This document shows, in pieces, positions 51,941 to 61,199 of a stretch of 64,000 bases of DNA. The DNA is from a bacterium. Its GTDB lineage: Bacteria; UBA8248. The notes under the pieces were generated by a model. It saw only the letters and a list, made by a program, of their open reading frames with translations. It was not told where the DNA came from and did not search any database. Position numbers and translations under genes: made by a program. The stretch is taken from positions 64,001-128,000 of the forward strand of contig CBDATS010000002.1 of the NCBI GenBank assembly GCA_965200245.1, in the 5' to 3' direction. Position 1 is the first letter of the stretch. The number at the start of each line of letters is the position of its first letter.

Positions 51941-52051
51941 GCGTCGGTGAGTTACAGGGGCGGACCTGTGTAGCCGTCTCTACGAAATTACGCCTGAACC
52001 GATACCGAACCCTGAAACGAGAGGCGATGAGCCCCTGGCCGGAGCGTGCCC

Positions 52052-52843
52052 GTGAGCGACACGATGAATTTCGACGCCGGCGCCTCGCGCGGTGCCGAAG
52101 CCATTTACCAGACTCCGGACATGGTGGAGGCTAGACGGCAAACGATAGAAGCTTTGCGTCTCGCACCCGGCGTACGCGTTCTGGACGTGGGTTCGGGCCC
52201 CGGACTATTTGTCGATGAGATAGCGCACATTTGCGGCCCGACGGGTTTTGTGCACGGCGTCGACCTGAGCGAATCGATGAACGAGATCGCCCGGGCGCGC
52301 TGTGCCGATAAACCCTGGGTCGACTTTCAAGTCGCCGACGCCGTATCACTCCCGTTCGAAGACGGGGATTTCGACGCCTGCGTGTGCGTGCAGACGCTCG
52401 AGTTTGTGGCTGACGTGGGCGCGGCCTTGCGCGAGATTCACCGCGTGTTGAAACCCGGCGGACGACTCGTGGCCAGCGACACCGACTGGGGCACCACGAC
52501 GTGGCACTGCAAGAATGCGGCGCTCTGCGAGCGGGTGATGGCTGGTTGGCTGGAAGGCTTCGCCCACCTGAGGCTGCCGCTTACGCTCAGGTCCAGCATC
52601 GAGGCGGCAGGCTTCGTCGGTGCTTCCGTACAGGCGACTCCCATTCTCAACACCGCCTACGGACCCGAGGGCTTCAGCTTTCACCTCATACGAATGATCC
52701 AGGGCGTCGTCCCGGGACGTACCGGCCTCACGCAGGAAGAGGTCGATACCTGGGCGGAAGACATGCGGGAACAAGGCGAGATGGGCGTTTATTTCTTTGC
52801 GCACTACAGGTACATGTTCACGGCAGACAAGTCGGGCCTGTAA
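52052..52843 (+). CDS. Class I SAM-dependent methyltransferase
   Basis: VLDVGSGPG, GVDLS, DAVSLPF and RVLKPGG motifs. Confidence 0.85.
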   Translation: MSDTMNFDAGASRGAEAIYQTPDMVEARRQTIEALRLAPGVRVLDVGSGPGLFVDEIAHICGPTGFVHGVDLSESMNEIARARCADKPWVDFQVADAVSLPFEDGDFDACVCVQTLEFVADVGAALREIHRVLKPGGRLVASDTDWGTTTWHCKNAALCERVMAGWLEGFAHLRLPLTLRSSIEAAGFVGASVQATPILNTAYGPEGFSFHLIRMIQGVVPGRTGLTQEEVDTWAEDMREQGEMGVYFFAHYRYMFTADKSGL

Positions 52844-52846
52844 GGG

Positions 52847-53563
52847 TTATCCCTCTTTCGATTTAATCTTCTTGTACACTACGGGGATGAGCGAGAGCAC
52901 GGCGAGTCCCACGAGCGCGATGATGACCTGCGGCGTCAGTATCCCCTTGGCGGAGAACTCACCCCCAGACTCGAATATGCTGCCGAGTCCCGCACCCACC
53001 GAAGCGAAGACGAACGATCCGGGAATGATCCCAAGGAACGTGCCGACAACGTAGACGCTCAAGGACACCCCGAGAAACGCAGGTACGAGGTTCACCACGA
53101 AAAAAGGAAAGATTGGCACCAGTCTCAAGACGAGAAGATAGCTCAACGCGTTTTCCTGAAAACCCTCCTCCATCTTCTGAAGCCAGGGGCCGGCCTTCGC
53201 CCGCAGGGGGTCTCCGAGTGAGGTCTTTGCTGCAATGAAGAGAACTGTCGCACCCACCGTCGCACCCACGACGATGTAGAGCGCACCCCAGATAGCCCCA
53301 AAGAGAAAACCGCCGGTGATGCTCATCACCAGCCCCCCGGGAAGCGAGAATATTGTCACCGCCGCGTAGGCGAGCATGTAGGCGATGACGGCGAGAGTAC
53401 CGTTCGTTTGCACCCAAGTCTTCAGGGCGTCCTGGTTCTCCCGCAAGGTATCGAAAGTGAGGTAGCGACCCAGCCCCGAGTAGAAGAAGGCGACGAGCAC
53501 AATGACGAGGAGCAACGGAATGATGAAATTTTTATACGATAGTTTTTTTCCTGTTTCGCTCAT
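52847..53563 (-). CDS. TVP38/TMEM64 (DedA/VTT) membrane protein
   Basis: LPGG..SITGGFLFG, LRLVPIFPFFVVN and TFLGIIPG motifs. Confidence 0.9.
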   Translation of the reverse strand: MSETGKKLSYKNFIIPLLLVIVLVAFFYSGLGRYLTFDTLRENQDALKTWVQTNGTLAVIAYMLAYAAVTIFSLPGGLVMSITGGFLFGAIWGALYIVVGATVGATVLFIAAKTSLGDPLRAKAGPWLQKMEEGFQENALSYLLVLRLVPIFPFFVVNLVPAFLGVSLSVYVVGTFLGIIPGSFVFASVGAGLGSIFESGGEFSAKGILTPQVIIALVGLAVLSLIPVVYKKIKSKEG

Positions 53564-53815
53564 TTTCGGATGACTGCTTTCATATTTTGGGCAGCGATTC
53601 GATAGGAATTTTTATTCCCTTTGGTTAGAAACTCAGCGCGCGCCTGCATGGCAATCCGCTTCTATCACATTTCACTTGCAGGGTGAAATCGGGATTGAAG
53701 TCGAAAATAAGTGCGATTTTCGACCTGATTCGGGGATAATAACTTTCTGCGCAACTGGTGATGAACTGATGTACACACGGCTGAAACCACATCAGACCCT
53801 CGGCATCCCACTTGT

Positions 53816-54850
53816 TCATAGATACCCCCGCACCTCCACCGTTCTGCCCAGACGCGAACTCGCGTCCGCCGCGAAGACCACGGCGAGGTTCTCGTGCGCC
53901 ACGCGGCCGTCCACCTCCGGCCTGCGGTCCTCGCGCACGCAATCGGCGAAGTCCCCGAGCGCGTCTCGGAACATGTCCCCCTCCGGCATGTGGTATACCG
54001 CGTCCTCCCCCAGCGGGTCCCTGTCCACGTGCAGGCGAATCGGTTCCGGCGCCTTCGACGGGTCGCGCCACTGCTGGCCCGTGATCCGGAAGTGCGCCAC
54101 GCCCCCCGTGCCGTGCACGTTCATGTGAAACGCCCAAGGACACGCCCAGCCACCACCCACGTAGGAGAGCACGCCGCTCTCGTGTTCCAGAATCATCATC
54201 GAGGTGTCGTCCACGTCCGCGGTCGCAAAGGCACGCTTCAGTTTCGCCGTCACGCTCCTCACGGGCCCGTACAGGTAGCGGAACGTGTCGATGTGGTGAA
54301 TCGACAGCTGGATCACCACACCCGTAGGGTTGAACTCCCGGCTCGAGCGCCACTTCTCCGGCGTGAGTTCCAGCCCGCGCTCTGTGCAGAAGTTGCTCTC
54401 GCTCATCGAGACCCTGCCGATCTCGCCCGCATCCACGAGTTCCTTCAGGCGTCTCGACACGGCCAGGCGACGGGCACTGTGGCCCACCGCCAGTTTCACG
54501 CCCGCCCCCTCCACCGCATCCACGATCGCACGGGAATCCTCCAGGCTGTGGGCGATGGGCTTCTCGCAATAGACATGCTTGCCCGCGGCGGCCAGGGCCT
54601 CGATGTGTTCCCTGTGGTTGTGGTTCGGCGTCGTCAGGATCACGGCTTCCACCTCATCGTCACGCAGCAGCGCCCCGAGGCTCTCCGCCTCCCGCGTGCC
54701 GTAGCGCTCCATGAAGGCCCGGCGTTTCTCCGCCGTGCGGCTGAAGCACGAAACAAGCCTGATCCTGCCGCCGCGCAGCGCTGCCTCGGCGAGAACGTCG
54801 GCCCAGCGGCCCAGACCCATCGAGGCGACCCGTACCGGTTCGAACGACAT
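53816..54850 (-). CDS. Gfo/Idh/MocA oxidoreductase
   Basis: GLGRWA, TPNHNH, GKHVYCEKP and IHHID motifs. Confidence 0.9.
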   Translation of the reverse strand: MSFEPVRVASMGLGRWADVLAEAALRGGRIRLVSCFSRTAEKRRAFMERYGTREAESLGALLRDDEVEAVILTTPNHNHREHIEALAAAGKHVYCEKPIAHSLEDSRAIVDAVEGAGVKLAVGHSARRLAVSRRLKELVDAGEIGRVSMSESNFCTERGLELTPEKWRSSREFNPTGVVIQLSIHHIDTFRYLYGPVRSVTAKLKRAFATADVDDTSMMILEHESGVLSYVGGGWACPWAFHMNVHGTGGVAHFRITGQQWRDPSKAPEPIRLHVDRDPLGEDAVYHMPEGDMFRDALGDFADCVREDRRPEVDGRVAHENLAVVFAADASSRLGRTVEVRGYL

Positions 54851-54946
54851 GTCGTCTTCTCCTGTGATTGAATGTCCGAGGATTTACTGAATCCGGTATA
54901 CACCGGGCTACGAAAACCCTAAAAATCCACTTCGTCTCGACCGGTG

Positions 54947-55399
54947 CTAGATGCTCACCTGGAATTTCGGCAGGCGTACACCCGGACCGGTCGGAGACGC
55001 GCTTAATTCCTCGAGTGTGGTTTCGCGCAGTGTCTTGTCGATGGCGTTCTCAAGTTTCTTCCACAAAATGCGGCTCCCGCACAAGGGGATGTTCGGGCAC
55101 GGCACCGAGGGAGGTTCATCGCCACAATTGACGGGCTGAATCGTCTCTCCCACGGCGGAGAGAACGTCATGCATATTGATCTCTGGGGGCGGCAGGGCGA
55201 GGATGTAGCCGCCTCCCGGCCCCCGTGTGCTGCTTACCAGAGAAGCCCTGCGCATCTTTACGAACAATTGCTCCAGATAGTGCTGGCTGATTGCAAGTTT
55301 GCCGGCTATCTGCGGCAGGGGAACGGGGTGCGTTTGCGAATGCCGAGCCAGTTCAATCATGGCAAGCACGGCGTAGCGGCCCTTGGTGGATATCTTCAT
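54947..55399 (-). CDS. Rrf2-family regulator (IscR/CymR-like) with three Cys
   Basis: MKISTKGRYA, YLEQLF, STRGPGGGY and C-x8-C-x5-C. Confidence 0.9.
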   Translation of the reverse strand: MKISTKGRYAVLAMIELARHSQTHPVPLPQIAGKLAISQHYLEQLFVKMRRASLVSSTRGPGGGYILALPPPEINMHDVLSAVGETIQPVNCGDEPPSVPCPNIPLCGSRILWKKLENAIDKTLRETTLEELSASPTGPGVRLPKFQVSI

Positions 55400-55433
55400 C
55401 GTTGGCATCCTCTCATTGGGCGTCCGGGTCTCA

Positions 55434-56171
55434 TTACTGAACGAACGCTGCACGCTTTACGGGAATTCCGGTTGCGCGCTTCCTTGCGAGTGCGCAGACC
55501 GGACAATCCGGATCCTGGACGACATGCACACCACCCAAGGAGTTGTTCCAGAATTCGGCTGTCATCAGCTTGTTCAACCAGGCGGGTGTGAGACCCCTGA
55601 GAACCCGGAGAGCGTCAGCGGCCTGCGCCATCCCCACGAAACCGGCTACCGCTCCGAAAACACCCGCATCCCCGCAATCGAGACCACGTGCGTCCGCACC
55701 CTCCTCGCCCACCAGACAGCGCAGGCAAGCACTCTCGCCGGGCAGAATCGTCATCACCTGGCCGAAAAAACGCAAGACGCCTCCCATAACCCATGGCTTG
55801 CCCGTTGCGGCGCAGGCATGGTTCAGGGCGAACTTGGCAGCCAGGTTATCGCTTCCATCGATCACAACATCATATGGTGCGATGATGCGGGCGGCGTTCT
55901 CGCGCGTGATCCTTTGGGGAATCTTGTCCACCCCAACCTCGGCGGATAGCCTGAATATGGAATCGGCGCCGGAGTCCACTTTCAATCGGCCGACATCTTC
56001 TGTTCGGTGGAGAATCTGGCGCGCGAGGTTATCGAGAGTCACGACGTCGTGGTCCGCAAGCCCAATGCGCCCCACTCCTGATGCCGCCAGGGTAAGCGCG
56101 GCAGGACAGCCCAAACCCCCGACTCCGACGATGAGGGCAGATGAACTATCGAGAGTTTTTTCATCTCTCAC
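55434..56171 (-). CDS. ThiF/MoeB E1-like adenylyltransferase lacking the N-terminal RYxR helix
   Basis: GVGGLG, DHDVVTLDNLARQ, DGSDN, CLRC, DCGDAGV and CPVC motifs. GTG start overlaps the JAMM stop (GTGA) with a GAGGAGG RBS. Confidence 0.9.
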   Translation of the reverse strand: MRDEKTLDSSSALIVGVGGLGCPAALTLAASGVGRIGLADHDVVTLDNLARQILHRTEDVGRLKVDSGADSIFRLSAEVGVDKIPQRITRENAARIIAPYDVVIDGSDNLAAKFALNHACAATGKPWVMGGVLRFFGQVMTILPGESACLRCLVGEEGADARGLDCGDAGVFGAVAGFVGMAQAADALRVLRGLTPAWLNKLMTAEFWNNSLGGVHVVQDPDCPVCALARKRATGIPVKRAAFVQ

Positions 56172-56662
56172 GCACCCGCCTCCTCATATATCTCAAGTTC
56201 GCTTTCGATGAACGTCTTTTGCCCCGCGTTCCAGGAGTAAACCTTCTGACCAAGCACCACGCCCTCACGCACACTCATGACGATGTGCTCTGCATCCGGG
56301 AACGCGGGAATGTCCCCGAAAGGAACCGCCGCGTCCTCGTCTTCTTGTGAAAAATAGGCGTCCTCGTCCGGGTGGCTGTGAAAAATGCCGCGAACCACCT
56401 CGCCCGCCTCCTCGGCACGCCTCACGATGCGCTCGAACTCAAAGGGGTCGATGAGAAAAGCGCGCCGCGCCGTACGGGGGTAGAATTCCGGGTCCTTCGC
56501 GTGCATCTCGTTCTGGACGTTCCTGCACGGCAAAAGCTGGAGCGCCTCTGTTTTGTGCCCTTTCGCAGACGGCGGCCCGATAATCAGCCCGCAACACTCA
56601 TCGGGATATGTCTCGCGTGCGTGGCGGTGCATCAGTTCCACCTGTTCACGGTTCAGACGCAA
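56168..56662 (-). CDS. JAMM/M67 metalloprotease (Mec-like)
   Basis: YPDECCG and FHSHPDEDAYFSQED (HxH-x7-S-x2-D). Confidence 0.9.
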   Translation of the reverse strand: MRLNREQVELMHRHARETYPDECCGLIIGPPSAKGHKTEALQLLPCRNVQNEMHAKDPEFYPRTARRAFLIDPFEFERIVRRAEEAGEVVRGIFHSHPDEDAYFSQEDEDAAVPFGDIPAFPDAEHIVMSVREGVVLGQKVYSWNAGQKTFIESELEIYEEAGA

Positions 56663-56674
56663 CTCGATACTCCC

Positions 56675-57613
56675 TTAACGTGCTTCGCTCAGGTACCTGT
56701 CCCCACCGTCGGGGAACAAGGTGACGATCACACCCTTGCCAATTCGCTTCGCCACTTCGCGCACGCCCACGAGTGCGGCACCCGCCGAGTGGCCGATGAA
56801 GAGTCCCTCTTCCCTGACGATACGCTCGGCGAGATCGTAGCTCTCCTCGGTACCCGCCAGTATCAGGTGTTCGTGGACACTCTCATCATAAATTCCCGGT
56901 CGAATGGCCGTGGGAATATGCTTCATGCCTTCCAGGCCGTGAAACGACTCTGCCGGCATGACCGCATGCACCACGACATCCGGCTTCCTCGCCTTGAGGC
57001 CACGTCCCGTGCCTACAAGCGTTCCCGTAGTGCCAAGACCAGCGACGAAATGATCGACGCGCCCACCGGTCTGATCCAGAATCTCGATCGCCGTCGTCTC
57101 GACGTGGGCGAGAGGGTTGGCGGGATTGTCGTATTGACAAGGCAGAAAATATTTCTCCGGCTCCTCGCCATGCATCTTTGCAGCGAGACGCTGCGCGCCG
57201 TCCGATCCTTCCAGGGGATCGGAAAAAACGATGTCGGCCCCGTAGCCCTTGAGCGTCGCCTTGCGCTCGTCACTCGCATTCGCAGGCAGGACAAGGCGCA
57301 CGGGAATCCCGAGCGCTGCTCCAATCATGGCGTAGGCGATGCCCGTGTTCCCGCTCGTGGAATCGAGCAGAACCTTGCCGGGGCGCAACTGTCCCGTTTC
57401 CAGACCGTCTTTCACCATGAAGAGCGCCGGCCTGTCCTTCACCGAGCCGCCCGGGTTGAACCATTCCGCCTTGGCGTAGACTTTCACATCGGGATATTCA
57501 CTCTCGAACAACTTGATCTTGAGCAGCGGAGTGTTGCCGATGCATTTGATGATTGGGGAATCCTCCAGATTCCGGAACGCGCTCGCGGGATTTTCCACCG
57601 TCGATTCGACCAT
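56675..57613 (-). CDS. cysM: Cysteine synthase, CysM-type
   Basis: NPGGSVKDR, STSGNTG, GLGTTGT and PDGGDRYLS motifs. Confidence 0.85.
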   Translation of the reverse strand: MVESTVENPASAFRNLEDSPIIKCIGNTPLLKIKLFESEYPDVKVYAKAEWFNPGGSVKDRPALFMVKDGLETGQLRPGKVLLDSTSGNTGIAYAMIGAALGIPVRLVLPANASDERKATLKGYGADIVFSDPLEGSDGAQRLAAKMHGEEPEKYFLPCQYDNPANPLAHVETTAIEILDQTGGRVDHFVAGLGTTGTLVGTGRGLKARKPDVVVHAVMPAESFHGLEGMKHIPTAIRPGIYDESVHEHLILAGTEESYDLAERIVREEGLFIGHSAGAALVGVREVAKRIGKGVIVTLFPDGGDRYLSEAR

Positions 57614-57646
57614 CGATATGGCCCTCGCACTTTGCTCCTGAAAACT

Positions 57647-58297
57647 TCAGGAAAGGTTCGCACGCGCTTCCAGCAAGCCGTGCGAAAAATCGAAACGGGC
57701 CTGAGCGGTCGACCCCACCGTATCCTCAGCATCCAGCAGGCGACGCAGGACCTTCGCAGCCATCCATGCACCCATCGCCCCTTGTGTCGCCACGTTGTGC
57801 GCTCCCCCGTCGCGAGGGGCTCCGCACAATTCCCCCATAGATCCGGTATCCTCTGCGACCTCACCCGTCTCGCCCCGGGAGACGCCCACAAGCGTAATGT
57901 TCGCCGAAGCCGCGAGCCTCTCGAAATCCGCGGACATCCCTTTGCCCAACCAGAGGAGAGCTTCGAAAGCATCTCCCGCTTCCTCGACTGTTCGAAAGGA
58001 AACCAGTCCGGCATCCGGATTGAGACTCCATATGCCATCTTCCAGAGAACAACCCAGAAAGGCGGTGAGTGGAAGGTTTCTTCCAGGTTCGCCTTTCTCG
58101 TTCATCGCAAGCCGACCGATGCGGCCCACTCCTGCAGCGGCCAGATAGATCAGGGCCACAGACGCAGCGTTATCCTCATCTTCCGAATAGGCGACCAGTA
58201 CAGAAGAAGTCAGTAATCGTTCCTGCCCGGCTCCTCCGACACCCGGGAGCAGAACGTGTCGGCTGTAGCGCTGAATCTGCTCTTCGCTCAAGCCCAA
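57647..58297 (-). CDS. Degenerate ThiF/MoeB paralog (pseudo-E1) retaining RYSRH
   Basis: LSEEQIQRYSRHVLLPGVGGAGQERL, YLAAAGVG, LNPD and the GAMGAWMAAKVL helix are kept. GxGxxG, DxD/NLxRQ and CxxC pairs are absent. TTG start with AAGGAG RBS. Confidence 0.75.
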   Translation of the reverse strand: MGLSEEQIQRYSRHVLLPGVGGAGQERLLTSSVLVAYSEDEDNAASVALIYLAAAGVGRIGRLAMNEKGEPGRNLPLTAFLGCSLEDGIWSLNPDAGLVSFRTVEEAGDAFEALLWLGKGMSADFERLAASANITLVGVSRGETGEVAEDTGSMGELCGAPRDGGAHNVATQGAMGAWMAAKVLRRLLDAEDTVGSTAQARFDFSHGLLEARANLS

Positions 58298-58331
58298 TGG
58301 GCGATTCTCCTTCCTGTGGTTTTGCGGACGT

Positions 58332-58610
58332 TTAGCGACCACCCGCAATGGCCGGTACAATGGAGACCTCGTCCTGGTCGCTTACCGCAGTTCCCTCGCC
58401 CTGCAGGAACCGGATGTCCTCCTGGTTCACGTAAATGTTCACGAAACGGCGCAGCTTGCCTTCTTCGTCATAGAGGCGCTGGCCAATGCCCGTGAACTGG
58501 CTTTCGAGGTTCGCGAGCACTTCCTTCACGTCTGCGCCCTCGATCTCTACAGCGTCCTGCTGCTGGGTGAATTCTTGCAAGGGTGTGGGAATAAGGACTG
58601 TTACCGCCAT
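58332..58610 (-). CDS. Ubiquitin-like sulfur carrier (MoaD/CysO family) ending ...AGG-R
   Basis: [23 protein letters not shown] and IVPAIAGGR motifs. Confidence 0.9.
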   Translation of the reverse strand: MAVTVLIPTPLQEFTQQQDAVEIEGADVKEVLANLESQFTGIGQRLYDEEGKLRRFVNIYVNQEDIRFLQGEGTAVSDQDEVSIVPAIAGGR

Positions 58611-58664
58611 ATCTCTCTCCTGATCTGAAAACCCCGCCTTTCGGGGATGCCGAAAATAGAATTT

Positions 58665-59624
58665 CTAACGAAAATGCTGTTCCAGACTATAATACCTCTC
58701 CCAGCCGTCGGGAATGACGACCACCACATTTTCCTCAGGACTCATCCGACGCGCAATCTGCAGGGCAGTGGAAACCGCTGCGCCCGCCGAAATGCCGACA
58801 GCCATGCCCTCCTCGCGGCCCAGGGCCTTGCACATGTCGTATGCGTCTGAATCGTTTACCGGCACGACCTCATCGATGATCGCGCGGTTCAGTACCGCAG
58901 GGACGAAACCCGCACCGATACCCTGAATCTGGTGCGGTCCCGGCTCGCCGCCCGAGAGAACTGCGGACGCGGCGGGCTCGACGCCGACGATCAGGGTTTC
59001 CGGTTTCTTTTCTTTCAGGACCTCTCCCACGCCCGTAATAGTGCCTCCCGTCCCCACACCCGCCACGAAGGCGTCCACCGGCTCCGCGCCCATGTCGCGC
59101 AATATCTCGCGCGCCGTGGTTCTGCGGTGAATCTCCGGGTTGGCCAGATTGTTGAACTGCTGCGGCATGAAATAGTCCGGGTTCTCCTCCAGAATGGTTT
59201 CGGCCATCACGAGGGAGCCGTACATTCCGCCCTCGCTTGAACTGAATACCACCTCAGCCCCATAGCCCGTGAGCAGGGAATTCCGCTCATGACTCATGCT
59301 ATTGCTAAGCACAATGATCGTCCTGTAGCCGCGAATCGCACCGATGAGTGCCAGGCCTATCCCCGTATTGCCGCTCGTGGGTTCGATGATCGTCCCGCCG
59401 GGTTTCAGGAGGCCGCGCCGCTCTCCGTCGAGCACCATGCTGAGCGCAATGCGATCCTTCACACTGCCGCCGGGGTTGTATTGCTCAAGTTTCGCGAACA
59501 CGCGCGCACCAGATGTGTCGGGCAAACGCTGCAACTGGACGAGGCTCGTGCTCCCGATGCGATCGATGAGCGAGGGAAGTGCCCTCAGAATCTGGGGCGG
59601 ACGGCCCCGCGTACCCAATGCCAT
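58665..59624 (-). CDS. cysK: Cysteine synthase A
   Basis: NPGGSVKDRIA, EPTSGNTG, GVGTGGT, HQIQGIGAGF and GISAGA motifs. Confidence 0.85.
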   Translation of the reverse strand: MALGTRGRPPQILRALPSLIDRIGSTSLVQLQRLPDTSGARVFAKLEQYNPGGSVKDRIALSMVLDGERRGLLKPGGTIIEPTSGNTGIGLALIGAIRGYRTIIVLSNSMSHERNSLLTGYGAEVVFSSSEGGMYGSLVMAETILEENPDYFMPQQFNNLANPEIHRRTTAREILRDMGAEPVDAFVAGVGTGGTITGVGEVLKEKKPETLIVGVEPAASAVLSGGEPGPHQIQGIGAGFVPAVLNRAIIDEVVPVNDSDAYDMCKALGREEGMAVGISAGAAVSTALQIARRMSPEENVVVVIPDGWERYYSLEQHFR

Positions 59625-59669
59625 AAGTATGTCCTTCTGAATATTTTCACATAGACCCAGACGAGCCCG

Positions 59670-59704
59670 AGACTATAATTCCCAAACAAAACTGTCAAGA
59701 ATTA
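59670..59704 (-). promoter_or_regulatory. Sigma70 promoter of the cys operon overlapped by an Rrf2-type imperfect palindrome
   Basis: Minus strand TTGACA-N17-TAGTCT inside TAATTC-TTGACAGTTTTGTTTGG-GAATTA. Confidence 0.6.
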
Positions 59705-59829
59705 CCACTTAAAGGGTTTTTTCGTTTTTTCTTGCCCTCGTCATATTTCCGACATACTCCCAATATATCCTTGGTGTGTTACATTCTCATATCGCACCGT
59801 CTAATGATACGAGGCGAGAGGAGAAAGAC

Positions 59830-60651
59830 ATGGAGAAACCCGGGAGCGCTCCACCCATCGCACTCACGATAGCGGGCTCGGACTCCGGCGGCGGAGCCGG
59901 GATTCAGGCCGATCTCAAGACCTTCAGCGCGTTCGGCGTATACGGTGCCTCGATCATCACTGCACTTACTGCGCAAAACAGCGTCGGCGTTCAGGGGGTA
60001 CACGCCGTTCCTCCCGATTTCATCGGGATGCAATTCGATTCGGTATGTACGGATTTCGAAGTCGCGAGCGCGAAAATCGGCATGCTCGCCACGGTCGAGG
60101 TTATCGAGGTAGTGGCCGGAAAACTCGAGGAACACGCTTTGGCGCGCGTCGTACTCGACCCGGTAATGGTCGCCAAAAGCGGCGACCGCCTCCTGGCACC
60201 CGATGCGAGAGGCGCGCTCGTTGCTCGCCTCTTTCCGCTGGCTGAGGTCATCACCCCCAACACAGAAGAAGCGTGCGACATTCTGGAGATCGGGAAAATA
60301 GAAAACCTCGAACAGATGAAGAAGGCTGCCCGTGCCCTCCACGAGCAAGGGGCGAAATGCGTGTTGCTAAAGGGAGGCCACATCACCGACGGGGCGGTGG
60401 ACATCCTGTTCGACGGAGAAAACGAGATCGCGCTCGCAGGCAGGCGCATCGACACTCCGCACACCCACGGAACCGGATGCACACTATCCTCCGCCATTGC
60501 GGCGGGGCTGGCGATGGGAGATTCCACCATCGAGGCCGTGAGACGAGCGAAAGATTTTATTCAGGGCGCCATCGAGAACGCGCTCGCTATCGGGAACGGC
60601 AGGGGCCCACTCAATCACATGTACCGCCAAAACGAAAGGAAATTCCGATAA
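59830..60651 (+). CDS. thiD: Hydroxymethylpyrimidine/phosphomethylpyrimidine kinase
   Basis: IAGSDSGGGAGIQADLKT, KIGML, DPVMVAKSG, KGGH and HTHGTGCT motifs. Confidence 0.95.
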   Translation: MEKPGSAPPIALTIAGSDSGGGAGIQADLKTFSAFGVYGASIITALTAQNSVGVQGVHAVPPDFIGMQFDSVCTDFEVASAKIGMLATVEVIEVVAGKLEEHALARVVLDPVMVAKSGDRLLAPDARGALVARLFPLAEVITPNTEEACDILEIGKIENLEQMKKAARALHEQGAKCVLLKGGHITDGAVDILFDGENEIALAGRRIDTPHTHGTGCTLSSAIAAGLAMGDSTIEAVRRAKDFIQGAIENALAIGNGRGPLNHMYRQNERKFR

Positions 60652-60718
60652 GCCTCGGACTCTGGCCCATCCGGAAGTTTGAGATTTCAGGGACGATCAA
60701 CAATCAGGAGGAATTGCA

Positions 60719-61123
60719 ATGAGTAATGACAAAACATTGCGAGTGCGGGAGAACGAAGCCCTGAGCGGGGAATTGCCAGTGCCCGGCGGGAGGAGCAAGT
60801 TCCGCATTCTGCTGGATGAGGAAACGGTGGGCGCCAGGCATTTCGCCCTGCTCATCAACGAATTTGACCCCGGCCTCACTTCCACCGCCCACAAACACGA
60901 CAATGAAGAGCACGCCTTCTATGTAATCAGCGGGACGGGTGTGATCGACATCGAGGGCGAGAGGATTCCGGTCGAGCCGGGCGACGCCGTCTTCGTGCCT
61001 CCTGGAAAGATGCACCAAATCACGAGCACAGGTGACACGCTGTTCAAATATATGGTTTTATATTCGCCTCCGGGTCCCAATGTGGCACTCCGGGAAAAAG
61101 GGGCCTATGGACTCGCCGAGTGA
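60719..61123 (+). CDS. Cupin domain protein
   Basis: HKHDNEEHAFYVISG and VFVPPGKMH motifs. Confidence 0.85.
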   Translation: MSNDKTLRVRENEALSGELPVPGGRSKFRILLDEETVGARHFALLINEFDPGLTSTAHKHDNEEHAFYVISGTGVIDIEGERIPVEPGDAVFVPPGKMHQITSTGDTLFKYMVLYSPPGPNVALREKGAYGLAE

Positions 61124-61199
61124 TTCGGACCGATACGGGAAATCTTCCTCATAAAACCGGTATGACCAGAATAAACCAAAATCCTTTACGGGAACAAAA

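Noticed and set aside
56372-58216. Long alternative-frame ORFs (614 aa here; also 30345-31967, 48546-50021, 22071-23513, 34548-35750, 41830-43026)
   Set aside because: They are antisense or shifted shadows of well-supported genes in high-GC DNA and carry no recognisable motifs.
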